Source of the DNA: Takifugu flavidus
Lineage: Eukaryota
Direction: 5' to 3'
DNA: 64,000 nt
Assembly: GCF_003711565.1 (NCBI RefSeq)
Contig: NC_079534.1
Coordinates: forward strand, 9,717,991 to 9,781,990
Of the stretch, positions 32,744 to 44,213 are shown piece by piece. The notes beneath the pieces are model-generated. The model was given only the letters and a program-made list of their open reading frames with translations. It was not told where the DNA came from and made no database searches. Position numbers and translations under genes: made by a program. Numbering within the stretch: position 1 is the stretch's first letter; every line of letters begins with the position of its first letter.

Positions 32744-34159
32744 GCAGGAATGGACACCTTACAGGAATGGGATTTTGATAAATACTCCCAAAGTGCTGCC
32801 AAAAAAGCTCTGAACCACAACATCAAGCATGTGATGAAGGAGGGTGGCCGTGCTGGAAAAGCTTTGATGATAAACACAGATAAACTCATAAGCACTGTGC
32901 AGATTTTAGGCACTGCTGGAGGAGCAGCAAAGGCTGTGCAGGCCATTAGTGTCACAACAGGGGTCATGTCCGCGTTATTCCTGGCTCTGGATGTTTTCTT
33001 TCTTGCCAAGGACTCCCATGAACTCCGCAAGGGTGCCAAAACCAAGTTTGCCAACAAAATAAGGGATGTTTGTAAAGAGCTTCAAGATGGCCTTCTGGAA
33101 TTGAACAAAGTGAAAACACAGCTGCAGAAAACAATGGATGGCATTGAGGTGGAGGAGTATGAAGAGATCCATGAGGTAGAGGTGGAAGTTGATGATGATT
33201 TAGCATCTGACCCAAAGAAGCTGGCTGAATTGGAACAAGAGTTGGATCTCCTGGAGGAAAAACTGAACAAGAAGACAGAGGAAGATGAGAAAAAGTATAA
33301 TGAGATGAAAAAAGATAAGGGAAACACTGCTAAGGGCACAAAAACTGGAGAGGACAAAGACAAAGTGGACGACCAAGATGGAAATAAGGAAACTTTGAAG
33401 ACAAAACACAATAAAGAAAAAAAGCTTGACTCAAAATTTGAAATTACAGATGAGAAAAATGAGCAGAAAATTGAAAAGGTCAATTTGGCAAAAGTCGAAG
33501 TTGTAAAAGACAAATCTCCGAGAGAAAGCAAAACAGACAAAGAGACAGAGAACTCTGTTACTGCTGAAAAAAAAAAACAGGGGAGCAGGAATGACACAAA
33601 CAAAGAAAAGGAGAAAATTAAGACCAAAGAACATGATAAATATGCACAGTATGAGTCAAAACAAGAACAACATGGAAGAGCACATTTAAAGAGAGAAAGT
33701 GAAAGGAGTAAGAGCAGAAGAGATGCAGAAAGAGAAAGCCATACAAAGAAAGAAGTGGATCATGGGAGAAAGGTAGAGAGACGAGCAATGGACGGAAGAG
33801 CTGAAATGTCAAAGAAAAGTGAAGAGACGGAGAACAGTGGGACACAGAGGGAAGATGACTTTAGAAAAAAGTCACATCTGAGTCAAATGAGACGAGATCA
33901 CCCTGACCACGAATCAACAAACCATAGAGAGGAGTATAAGAGACATCACACAAGGACAGCAGTGGCACGTGAAGAGTCAATGGAGGCCAGAGTGAGAGGT
34001 GGGAATGGGAGTATCAGGAAGCATTCTGGAAGCACACAGGATAAAGAGAAGGTGGAGCAGAGGAAGAGCAGAGATGGTGAGAGAGACAAAGAGGGAAGAC
34101 GCAGTCACAGAGGATCTCGAGGACGATCCAGCATCCTAGAAGACGGCCTATATATTTAA
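32744..34159 (+). CDS. APOL-like terminal exon. It starts AGMDTLQEWDFDKYSQSAAKK, contains FLAKDSHELRKGAKTKFANKIRDV, and is followed by a charged K/E/R/D-rich low-complexity tail of about 330 aa. Stop at 34157-34159.
   Basis: cctcttgcag acceptor at 32743. In frame with the previous exon across a 130-nt intron. Homologous to the C-terminal half of the ORF at 23-1036, then extends beyond it with the charged tail. Confidence 0.65.
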   Translation, partial: AGMDTLQEWDFDKYSQSAAKKALNHNIKHVMKEGGRAGKALMINTDKLISTVQILGTAGGAAKAVQAISVTTGVMSALFLALDVFFLAKDSHELRKGAKTKFANKIRDVCKELQDGLLELNKVKTQLQKTMDGIEVEEYEEIHEVEVEVDDDLASDPKKLAELEQELDLLEEKLNKKTEEDEKKYNEMKKDKGNTAKGTKTGEDKDKVDDQDGNKETLKTKHNKEKKLDSKFEITDEKNEQKIEKVNLAKVEVVKDKSPRESKTDKETENSVTAEKKKQGSRNDTNKEKEKIKTKEHDKYAQYESKQEQHGRAHLKRESERSKSRRDAERESHTKKEVDHGRKVERRAMDGRAEMSKKSEETENSGTQREDDFRKKSHLSQMRRDHPDHESTNHREEYKRHHTRTAVAREESMEARVRGGNGSIRKHSGSTQDKEKVEQRKSRDGERDKEGRRSHRGSRGRSSILEDGLYI

Positions 34160-35274
34160 GTGTAAACATCAAAACCTACTGTAATTATTCAGATATTTAC
34201 CTTTTTAAAAGGGATGGTTCACTTAAAAAGCGTACAAAAATGGTGGAATACACATTTAACAAGCAATCAACAACTGAAAAAAAGAATTCTTGAGTTTGGA
34301 TGATAAAGTGTTGAAATAATGCCGAAAATTCTGCAACTATGTCATACGTGTGGTCGCCTGTAGTATTCTATACTCTCATGACCAGAGGAGGATTTTTATC
34401 TTTTTTTTCCCCTGCCACCAACTAATGAAGAGAGCCTGGATGTTCAGATATGGTAACATCAATCCTAACATATCCTGCAGTTACCGTGCTTGACATAACA
34501 AGATGGAAATGTCTGTTGAACTATTGTCTGTTGAGTAAATATTTTCAAAGGTTTAATTAGTAATTGAAAATTAACCGTGCTATTTAGCAAGCAGGAAGGT
34601 ATGCAAGTCCCTGCCTGTTGAAGCAACAAGTTTCTGTAATTTTAATCCTATACACGCCTTTTTTTAGGGCAGGCAATACATTCAATCTTGTTTTGTTTCT
34701 TTCATGGCTTGTATTACTTTGATTTTATTAGCCATGGACATTGGTCCACCAATCTGTAAAGACTGTTTGTTAGATACCATCCCTCCTGTGGAAGATTTGC
34801 TGCATATCTATATAAACATTGTGAGAAGCTTTTGTTTTCAGTAGTGGTAAAAATTCATCTTCAGTTTTCCCTTTGCTCTCTTTCTAATCTACAGTTCTTA
34901 TTCCTCTTACAGGCACATTATTCTGCAAATGTGTTTTGTGTTTATTCATAAATGTGTCTGCACTCTTGGTATTGGACCTGGATACGCAGTTAAAAACAGT
35001 TATTGTTAATATAGTATTAATGAACATAAAGGAAGGGTGTGTGTTTTTGTGCACTGGTGTGTGCTTGTATAATGAGGGCTGACAGTGCTTAAGGTGGTGT
35101 AAACAAAGGTTCAAATGGAACATGTTTAATTAAAACCATTAAAAGCACCTTTGAAAACATTAAAAACCACACTGAGGCTCTCACACTCACTGTACGTGTG
35201 AAACGCCATCTCTCGCACAGAGCAGAACGGGCACTGGTCCGACGCAGCAGGATTCATCCTAAAGATAAAATTGT

Positions 35275-36850
35275 TCAAAGCAACGGCCCCATGCAAGATC
35301 TTCTGCTGTTAGACAGTCCTCTCCTGTTCAGAACCTTCACGCGGTTCTGGTGCAGGGTCTTCTTCTTCACTGCATGCAGGAAGAATGCCTTTGTTGGCCT
35401 AAGGAGAGGACCATCCAGATCCCTGAGATGGGCAGCCAGCTTGATCTCCGGAAAGGGATCGTCGCCATCTGGTTCGGTCCCCCGGCCGTAGTCCATGAGA
35501 AGAGGCCTCTCCCTTGCGCTGAACCTGTTCCTCCACCGTTGCAGCACATCCTCGACTGCCTGAACAGAGTGTATGCCTAATACAGAGCCCATGGCCTCTG
35601 AGCCCATTAGGTCTGGATCTGCCACAGCCACTATGTGCTCCAGAAGCACAGTCCGGGTCCGACAGAGTGCTGCCATCAGCCTGTCTCCGTGCACTACGGG
35701 TTACCTTAGCAACCAGAAAAGAGAGTCAGAGCTTTTCCTTGTTTCAAATTTAAAAAGGGCCCATGCCTTAACAACACTTTCATAAAATAGAGGTAGCCCC
35801 AGACACACCTGGCCACATATCTCCACGTTAGATCTGCCGGCCCTGTTAAAAACCTCTGAACAAACTGAATTCTAAAAGTGGCGGTTCTGCTGGCCAGGTG
35901 GATGAGACCCTGCCCTCCTTCCTCTCGAGGCAGGTACAGCACCCCCTGCTGGACCATTCCAGATAGATACCATTCCAGAAGAAGTTTAGAACTCTTGTCT
36001 GTACTTGAGCCAACAACCCCGAGGGGGGTTCCAGGCAATTAAGCTGGTGCCACAGCACAGAGGCCACCAGGTTATTGAGGACAAGAGTTCTACCTGTGTA
36101 CGACGTGCGGGGGAGATTGTTGAATTTTGCCTTCAGTTTTTTCCAATTGTACCAAGCCAATTCCTTTATAGTCTTGCCTCAGCCATCCTCTCGCCAGACC
36201 AGATTTTGGGGAAACACCGGTAGACCACTGTTCCACCTGCCAACGGCCAGGGCTTCGCTTTTCTACCAATTAACCTTTGCCGCAGACAGGCGATTGAATA
36301 AAACAGTTAAATTAACTAAAACATCCACATCCTTTTGACTACACACCATTACTATCATCTGCATAGACATATAAAATAATTTTTTTTGCTAAAAGAAGGT
36401 AAAATCAGGCCATCAATGTTTGCACGAATCCTAGAGAGGAGGAGTTCAAGGGAGAGAGCATGGAGCATTTCAGACAGGGCGCAGCTTTGCCGGACACCTC
36501 TATGCACCCTGAAGGAAGCACACAGACTGCCGTGTCACTTGCATTGTCACTGTACAGGACACGGATCATGGCTATGAAATCAGGGCTGAACCCATACCTC
36601 TCATCCTTGGACAGAATTTTGTAATCCAAGCACAGCAGAGACACTGGGCACCAATTTTTGATGTCCTGCAAATCACCCTTTTTTGGGCAGAAGAGTGACC
36701 ACTGCTCTCCGACAGGACAATGGCAGGAAACCCATGGCCAGGCTTTCGTTGAACACCTCCAGCATGTTGTGGGTCACAATGTACCAGAGGGCTCTGTAAA
36801 ACTCTATGGTGAGCCCATCGACACCTGGAGCCCTCCAACCTTGTGACAGG
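35275..36850 (-). mobile_element. Non-LTR retrotransposon (LINE) RT fragment.
   Basis: Minus-strand ORFs ..GFPAIVLSESSGHSSAQ..DIKNWCPVSLLCLDYKILSK.. (RT N-terminus) and ..LVLNNLVASVLWHQL..FFWNGIYLEW.. / ..YLPREEGGQGLIHLASRTATFRIQFVQRFL.. (RT C-terminal region). Confidence 0.7.
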
Positions 36851-36879
36851 TTATGTACCCCAGTCCAACAAGGTGGCAG

Positions 36880-37700
36880 TAATTAAACCGTTGCTTAAAA
36901 AAACCATCACTGGATCCTGATGTGCTAGCAAATTATAGGCCTATATCCAACCTTCCTTTTATCTCAGAATGTCTTCTCACACAAATACGTCGATCCAAAC
37001 AAGCTTAGCATTTTCTTAGCAAATGCTCAAATCTCTCGAAACTTGTTCTTATCCAGCTGTCGGTAAAAGTTGGCGAGAGAAAGCTGCTGGTGCCGACTGC
37101 GGCTCTCTGCATCACACTGTACCTCAATGAGCTCCAGCTGCAAGTGGTCTGGAACATCATCTGTGTCCATGGAGAAAGGTGAAGAAAAAAAGTGATCTCC
37201 TTCTTAATAGCTGCAAAATCCTGAAAGCATTGTCTGAACTCTTCAGCCAGATGAAATATCTGATGTGTACCTCCTCGTTTGTGCACTGACATTGCTCTGA
37301 GGGAATCTGGCCATGATTTCTTGCAGCGCTGAAGTTTGCAGTATTGGGTTGGGTCTGGTGGGTAAATGAGGAACAGCATTTAGTGTGTAAGCTACTTCAT
37401 ATGCTGGTAACAGTACTGTTGCCCAATGTATTAAGTCTATGTGCGGGTTAAACGTTATTGATTTTATGAGAGAGGCTTTGGGCCGGATGAAATTTGAACA
37501 CGGGCCACATTTAGCCCCCGGACCGGACTTTGGGCAACTCTGTCCTAGACAGACAAATTATCATACTTAGAGGGTCGTCTAATTATTAGGTTAATATTTT
37601 AGTTATGCTGCTATGGGCCCGAGGCTGCTGGGGTCCAGAAACATGATGACCTGAAAGACCTCTGTCACCCTGCCGGGTCATGGCTGCTCTCTGTTTCTTG
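36880..37700 (+). mobile_element. Internally deleted L2-like LINE remnant (copied again at about 38581-39330).
   Basis: Plus-strand ..VIKPLLKK..DPDVLANYRPISNLPFIS.. RT-start motif at 36890-37000. L2 3' tail at 37560-37690 (ctatgggcccgaggctgctggggtccagaaacatgatgacctgaaagacctctgtcaccc), matching the tail at 22700-22790. Confidence 0.55.
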
Positions 37701-40210
37701 TGTAATTTCTCTCTCCATTGCACACTCCCTTTTCTTGCCCGCCTCTACGAGTTCCTGCCCTGTGCCCGAAAACAGTGAGTGGATTACTCTGTTCTGCCCA
37801 CGGTTCTTTTCCAACCCAAAAATAAGCTAGAGGGAGCGTCCATATCAGTGATGTTTTGAATCCGGGACCAACCAGTGCACCCTGTACTTGACCGTCCAGC
37901 AGGCTGGCTAAGGCCATTTCTTTGGACTTGAGGACTTCAATGTGTCCTTGCTCTCCTGTGGAACTGCTAATTGCCTTTAGTTCCACTATCTCAGTTTCCG
38001 GGTCTTTAATTGATCTATACTGCTCACAAAAATTAAAGGAGCACTTTAAAGAAACACATTAGATACATCAGATCTCAATATGAAGTTGGATATCTATACA
38101 AATAACGGCAGGGCATTGTCTTAGGAACAAAAGGATGCCAAGTCTTTTAATGGAAATAAAAGTTTTCAGCCTACAGAGGGCTCAATTGTGTAGACACCAT
38201 AACATCAGAGTGAAATGAAGATGTGGCAGGCTAGTCCATTTTTTCCAAAACTTAATTTCTGCAACTCAAAATGCTTTTCAGTATCTTGTGTGGCCCCCAC
38301 GAGCTTGTATGCATGCTTGACAACGTCGTGGCATGCTCCTAATGAGACGACGGATGGTGTCTTGTGGCATCTCCTCCCAGATCTGTGTAAGGGCATCCCT
38401 GAGCTGTTGTACAGTCTGAGGAGCAACCTGGCGGCACCTAATGGACCGAAACATAATGTCCCAGATATGTTCTATTGGGTTTAAGTCAGGGGATCGTGAA
38501 GGCCATTTAATTGTTTCAATTCCTTCATCCTCCAGGTACTGCCTGCATACTCTTGCCACGTGAGGCCGGGCATTGTCCAACCTTCCTTTTATCTCAGAAT
38601 GTCTTCTCACACAAATACGTCGATCCAAACAAGCTTAGCATTTTCTTAGCAAATGCTCAAATCTCTCGAAACTTGTTCTTATCCAGCTGTCGGTAAAAGT
38701 TGGCGAGAGAAAGCTGCTGGTGCCGACTGCGGCTCTCTGCATCACACTGTACCTCAATGAGCTCCAGCTGCAAGTGGTCTGGAACATCATCTGTGTCCAT
38801 GGAGAAAGGTGAAGAAAAAAAGTGATCTCCTTCTTAATAGCTGCAAAATCCTGAAAGCATTGTCTGAACTCTTCAGCCAGATGAAATATCTGATGTGTAC
38901 CTCCTCGTTTGTGCACTGACATTGCTCTGAGGGAATCTGGCCATGATTTCTTGCAGCGCTGAAGTTTGCAGTATTGGGTTGGGTCTGGTGGGTAAATGAG
39001 GAACAGCATTTAGTGTGTAAGCTACTTCATATGCTGGTAACAGTACTGTTGCCCAATGTATTAAGTCTATGTGCGGGTTAAACGTTATTGATTTTATGAG
39101 AGAGGCTTTGGGCCGGATGAAATTTGAACACGGGCCACATTTAGCCCCCGGACCGGACTTTGGGCAACTCTGTCCTAGACAGACAAATTATCATACTTAG
39201 AGGGTCGTCTAATTATTAGGTTAATATTTTAGTTATGCTGCTATGGGCCCGAGGCTGCTGGGGTCCAGAAACATGATGACCTGAAAGACCTCTGTCACCC
39301 TGCCGGGTCATGGCTGCTCTCTGTTTCTTGTGTAATTTCTCTCTCCACTGCACACTCCCTTTTCTTGCCCGCCTCTACGAGTTCCTGCCCTGTGCCCGAA
39401 AACAGTGAGTGGATTACTCTGTTCTGCCCACGGTTCTTTTCCAACCCAAAAATAAGCTAGAGGGAGCGTCCATATCAGTGATGTTTTGAATCCGGGACCA
39501 ACCAGTGCACCCTGTACTTGACCGTCCAGCAGGCTGGCTAAGGCCATTTCTTTGGACTTGAGGACTTCAATGTGTCCTTGCTCTCCTGTGGAACTGCTAA
39601 TTGCCTTTAGTTCCACTATCTCAGTTTCCGGGTCTTTAATTGATCTATACTGCTCACAAAAATTAAAGGAGCACTTTAAAGAAACACATTAGATACATCA
39701 GATCTCAATATGAAGTTGGATATCTATACAAATAACGGCAGGGCATTGTCTTAGGAACAAAAGGATGCCAAGTCTTTTAATGGAAATAAAAGTTTTCAGC
39801 CTACAGAGGGCTCAATTGTGTAGACACCATAACATCAGAGTGAAATGAAGATGTGGCAGGCTAGTCCATTTTTTCCAAAACTTAATTTCTGCAACTCAAA
39901 ATGCTTTTCAGTATCTTGTGTGGCCCCCACGAGCTTGTATGCATGCTTGACAACGTCGCGGCATGCTCCTAATGAGACGACGGATGGTGTCTTGTGGCAT
40001 CTCCTCCCAGATCTGTGTAAGGGCATCCCTGAGCTGTTGTACAGTCTGAGGAGCAACCTGGCGGCACCTAATGGACCGAAACATAATGTCCCAGAGATGT
40101 TCTATTGGGTTTAAGTCAGGGGATCGTGAAGGCCATTTAATTGTTTCAATTCCTTCATCCTCCAGGTACTGCCTGCATACTCTTGCCACGTGAGGCCGGG
40201 CATTGTCATG
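36951..40210. repeat. Tandem duplication of a 1630-bp unit (36951-38580 and 38581-40210). The unit comprises an L2-like remnant plus the 3' 590 bp of a Tc1-like element.
   Basis: Identical ORF triplets occur in both units (37005-37379 = 38635-39009; 37678-37986 = 39308-39616; 38205-38426 = 39835-40056). The junction ggcattgtc|caaccttcc at 38580/38581 falls inside the Tc1 transposase coding sequence. Confidence 0.85.
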
Positions 40211-41100
40211 CATTAGGAGGAAACCAGGACCTACTGCACCAGCGTAGGGTCTGACAATGGGTTCAAGGATTTCATCTCGATACCTTATTGCAGTCAGAGC
40301 ACCATTTCCTAGGCAATAGAGGTCTGTGCGTCCCTCCATGGATATGCCTCCCCAGACCATCACTGACCCACCACCAAACCTGTCATGTTGAACGACGTTG
40401 CAGGCAGCATAACGTTCTCCTTGTCTTCTCCAGACTCTTTCACATCTATCACAGGTGCTCAGGGTGAACCTGCTCTCGTCTGTGAAAAGTACAGGGCGCC
40501 AGTGGCGGACTTGCCAATTCTGGTGTTCTTGAGCAAATGCCAGTCGAGCTCCACGGTGCTGGGCAGTGAGCATAGGGCCCACTACAGGACATCGGGCCCT
40601 CAGGCCACCTTCATGAGGTCTGTTCCTGATTGTTTGGGTAGAGACATTCACACCAGTGGCCCTCTGGAGGTCATTCTGTAGGGCACGAGCAGTGCTCAGC
40701 CTGTTCCGCCTTGCACAAAGGAGCAGGTATCGGTCCTGCTGAGGGGTTGAGGACCTTCTACGGCCCTGTCCAGCTCTCCGAGAATAACCACCAGTCTCCT
40801 GAAATCTCCTCCATGTTCTGGAGATTGTGCTGGGAGACACATTAAACCTTCTTGCTGCAGCACGTGTGGATGTGCCATCCTGGAGAAGTTGGACAACCTG
40901 TGCAACTTCTGTAGGGTTAAGGAATTGCCTCATACTGCCAGTAGAGATAATTACGCAAGCCAAAATCAGCACAAGTGGAAAACCAGCCAAAAAGATCAAG
41001 AGGGAGAAACCTGAAATGACCTCCACATGTAAAACTAGTACTCACTCTTGGGTAAGATTTTCTTAATAGTGACTTCACTTAAAACCAAAGAATTATCCAT
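39620..41100 (-). mobile_element. Tc1/mariner-superfamily (Tc1-like, DD34E-type) DNA transposon with an apparently intact transposase. Element ends are not resolved.
   Basis: See transposase CDS. A truncated 3' copy (37990-38580) lies in the first duplication unit. Confidence 0.7.
39908..40933 (-). CDS. Tc1-like transposase, 341 aa, uninterrupted.
   Basis: [20 protein letters not shown]..(HTH).. FTDESRF .. LMHDNARPH .. [16 protein letters not shown]. The D..D..E spacing of about 34-35 residues is Tc1-like. The ORF track extends it to 41026 through a leader region. Confidence 0.75.
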   Translation of the reverse strand: MRQFLNPTEVAQVVQLLQDGTSTRAAARRFNVSPSTISRTWRRFQETGGYSRRAGQGRRRSSTPQQDRYLLLCARRNRLSTARALQNDLQRATGVNVSTQTIRNRPHEGGLRARCPVVGPMLTAQHRGARLAFAQEHQNWQVRHWRPVLFTDESRFTLSTCDRCERVWRRQGERYAACNVVQHDRFGGGSVMVWGGISMEGRTDLYCLGNGALTAIRYRDEILEPIVRPYAGAVGPGFLLMHDNARPHVARVCRQYLEDEGIETIKWPSRSPDLNPIEHLWDIMFRSIRCRQVAPQTVQQLRDALTQIWEEMPQDTIRRLIRSMPRRCQACIQARGGHTRY

Positions 41101-41225
41101 AAAACCAACTGGCATAATTTTACAACCCCTAAAAACACCGAAGTGGTGTTTGAAGCAATAACATCTGTCGAGCCTGGCCAAAGAGATTCTATATTCACTC
41201 TTCTGACCGGCAACTATTTAATTTT

Positions 41226-41417
41226 TTAACTTTTTTGTAACTTAACCTTTTCTAAAAAGCTCTGCCTCTCTGTGCCGTTGGTGGGTACATAAATATTAAT
41301 AAAAACCAAGGTGTGTTTCTGGAGGCACACCTTCACCAGCAGACACCTTGCCCTCACCACATGCTCCACCTCCAGGGACGATGGAGTCCCGAGAAAAGAG
41401 GAAGCCCACTCCACCAC
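41226..41417 (-). mobile_element. LINE endonuclease-domain fragment.
   Basis: ..CLLVKVCLQKHTLVFINIYVPTNGTERQSFLEKV.., an APE-domain N-terminal motif. Confidence 0.4.
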
Positions 41418-41859
41418 TGAGGGAGGTGTTGTGGCTCAGCATCACTTGTCCCTTACACGCTTTCTCCTAGTCCACTTCATTGCCACTGTGGACCTCTCGT
41501 AAAAACATCAATAAGCTCTCTCGATTCTGTGTTGAACACTAGTGCCCATTTCGCCACATCGCTGGCTCCGTTCACATTTAACGTTCCCACTCTAAAGACA
41601 CTCATGATGAAAATCAAAGACAGTAAAACAAACAAAAGGAAACACAATAAGCAGTCTCATTGTTTATAAGTTGAGCTGTTTTCTCGCTTTACCCTCGTGT
41701 TTCTTGTGTCTAAAAATCTCTGGGTTGGTGAGATCTGATGCCGCTCTGTGTTTGATTAAGTGGCTCGTCGATTGAATAAAAAGGAGCTTGTCAGGGAAAT
41801 ATTTCTCCAGATCAAGGCCTTTCATGTACTTGGTTTGTTGGAGAAAACATTTATACATT

Positions 41860-41992
41860 TTTGCGCTTGTTGCGCCGCTTCACGGGAGCAAGCCACCACT
41901 ATCGGTCTTTTCCGCTCACACTCCTCCCACCGGAAGAAGAAGAAGTCTACTTCCGCGTTGTTCGCTTTGATCGTGTTTGGCACATTTTGATC
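41860..41992 (+). promoter_or_regulatory. ttll12: Putative ttll12 promoter and 5' UTR region.
   Basis: Lies immediately upstream of the first ATG. Contains ETS-like ttccgc and cttccg motifs (CGCTTCACGGGAGC..TTTTCCGCTCACACTCCTCCCACCGGAAGAAG). No TATA box is evident. Confidence 0.3.
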
Positions 41993-42130
41993 ATGCTTTC
42001 TGTCAACACAATGAATGGAGAGGGTGACAACGAGTTCATGGGGTTTTTGTCCCTTCACGCTGGACCTCTGCACGCAGCAGGAGTACCGCAGATCTATTGG
42101 AAGACTTTGCATCATAAACTCAACAACGAG
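41993..42130 (+). CDS. ttll12: ttll12 exon 1 (MLSVNTMNGEGDNEFMGFLSLHAGPLHAAGVPQIYWKTLHHKLNNE). An alternative start is ATG 42011.
   Basis: First in-frame ATG after the promoter-like region. Donor gag|GTCTAT. Continues into exon 2 as IYDAGEVFGIM, matching the TTLL12 N-terminus. Confidence 0.6.
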
Positions 42131-42775
42131 GTCTATTTTCTTCCAAACCTTTTCACAGTACCAACAGCGTCTTCAACTTTTGGCTGTAATAACATTTTGT
42201 CTGAATTAGAGAAAAATAAGAATTTTATTATTTGACAGAAATCTTACTGACAGTTCGCATGGATTACCACACATACCACTTTTTCTATTGCGGTAAAGTG
42301 AGCTGCCCCTTATTTTTCTCTGGTTAAATAAGCCGCTCTGCTTTTTTCAGTGCGCGCATAATCGCGGGAGTACGGTAACATAGCTGGCAGACTAGAGTAA
42401 TAATTTTTTTAAAGTTTCACATCTCACAAAAAAGTATGAATCTTGAAATGAATGAGTGAAGTTGAACAAGCGCCTTGAAACAATTTTGATTGTATAAGAC
42501 GCTATATAAATAAAGATTGATTGATTTATTGATTGAAGAAAAACATTCCAGTTGACACTGAAAACTACCTTGCACAAGTAGATGTGTTTCATCTAGCTGG
42601 TATTAACTGGTTACAGCAAGTATGGTTTGTCTCCTGTTGCAAGTGCTGGCTGACTGGATTCTGATTGCATGAATGTTTTAAATGAATGTTTTCTGTAAAT
42701 AACATTGATTTCTCTGTTATCAACTCAAGTATTTTTCTGCCTGATACTGGGCTCACATTATTTATTATGTTATAG

Positions 42776-42930
42776 ATCTATGATGCTGGGGAAGTTTTTG
42801 GAATCATGAATGTGACACAAGAAAAAGACAGTGAGGATGATGAGGAAAAGAAGGCCAATACTGTAGCAGTGATCTGCAGTAAAGTGGTTGTGACACGGGA
42901 CAGTGGGTTGCAAGCCTCTGATACATCAAG
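42776..42930 (+). CDS. ttll12: ttll12 exon 2.
   Basis: IYDAGEVFGIMNVTQEKDSEDDEEKKANTVAVICSKVVVTRDSGLQASDTS. ttatag acceptor. GTGAGC donor. Confidence 0.85.
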
Positions 42931-43167
42931 GTGAGCCACAAAGATCCAATTAATTTAATAAAAGGGAAATTAATTGGATTTAATAAAAGGGAAATAAATT
43001 GAGTAGTTTTAGAACTACTAAAATGTATTTATCCCGGTGGGGCTTTGAGGAAGTAATAAATATTCATAAATAAGCCGCATTGCTTTATAAGGTGTAGGGG
43101 TCAAAGCATGGGAAAAAAGTAGAGGCTTAAAGTGCGGAATATACAGTATCTGAATAAGAGCCAAGTA

Positions 43168-44213
43168 CCGTATTTTCACGACCATAAGGCGCACTGTATT
43201 AAAAGGTGCTGTCTCAGTTATGGGTGCTATTTCTGTATTTAAAACATACATAAGGCGCACCGTATTATTAGGCGCATGCTGAAACATACAGTAAAAAATG
43301 ACAACGGAAGTAAAACAGTGAGTTTCGACACATTTATTGAACAAAATATCCTTTCTTCCGCCACAAAACCATCAAAGTTTTCATCTTCTGTATCTGAATC
43401 AAACAGCTACACTATTTCAATGTCCAACTTTCCGAATTCCTCTTCTTAATCATCTGAATCAGACTCACCGACCAGTTCCGGTTCAGCGTTGATGCCGGCT
43501 TTTGTGAAAGCTCTTACAATACACGAAGACGGTATCATAGCCCATGCATCTACAATCCACCCGCATATGGTGGCATAACTTGCCCGCTGCTGCCTCATAG
43601 TCTTTGTGAAGGAGTGTTTGCCTTCCGTCATCCAGCGCTCTGTCCATTTCCCTGCCAGCCGAGAACCACGGTGAACGACAACTTCTCGTGCCTCGTTGTG
43701 CGTATCGCCACCGTGCTGGTCCCTTTTTCTCCACTTTGTGGGTCAAAGGGATGTTAAAAGTCAGAGGGATCTCATCCATGTTGGTGATGTGGCTGGGCGC
43801 GGTTATCTTGTCGCGGCAGTAGGTGCGGAAGATGGCCACCCTCTCCTGGTAATCCGCTGGCAGCCGCGGTGCAACAGTTGTACTTGCGCGTATGGAGAGA
43901 TGCCGCCGCCTTATAAAGCGTAAACACTAAGATTGCTCGATTGCCATTTTCAGTCGCATATTCGATGGCCTGCAGTTTAAAGTAAGCCTCATTCATACGC
44001 GTCTCGCTTGACCGGCGCCATTTTAGGGGGTCCTTACACGTAGGTGTGCCACTAATCGATTGGCGGAGCGTTTACCGTAGTGCAACCACCAAAGGCGCGC
44101 AGCAGTTTTTGGAACTCAGTCCACACACAAGGCGCACCATATTATAAGGCGCACCGTCGATTTTTGAGAAAATCTCAGTGTTTTAGGTGCACCTTATAGT
44201 CATGAAAATACGG
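43168..44213 (-). mobile_element. pogo/Tigger-like DNA transposon, copy 2. Inverted relative to copy 1 and internally deleted (about 1.05 kb), with TA TSDs. Lies in ttll12 intron 2.
   Basis: TIRs ccgtattttcacgaccataaggcgcac and gtgcaccttatagtcatgaaaatacgg. Minus-strand fragments KHSFTKTMRQQRASYATICGWIVDAWAMIP and HITNMDEIPLTFNIPLTHKVEKKG match copy 1. Confidence 0.7.

Larger units (their letters stand above)
4206..34159 (+). other. Candidate single transcription unit: modular repeat protein N-terminal array (about 41 small exons) spliced to APOL-like C-terminal exons.
   Basis: All listed exons lie on the plus strand with AG acceptors and GT donors. Repeat exons are multiples of 3 nt. Exons 31884-31923 (40 nt), 32023-32071 (49 nt) and 32199-32613 join in frame, creating an ATG codon across the last junction. 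Confidence 0.5.

Noticed and set aside
33082-33627. 181-aa minus-strand ORF antisense to the APOL charged tail.
   Set aside because: An antisense low-complexity (Ser/Phe-rich) frame of the K/E-rich coding region. It is an artefact of compositional bias.
37005-37379. 124-aa minus-strand ORF (MLFLIYPPDPTQYCKLQRCKK...), present twice.
   Set aside because: It lies antisense within a degraded L2 remnant and is duplicated only because of the 1630-bp tandem duplication. It has no recognisable domain.
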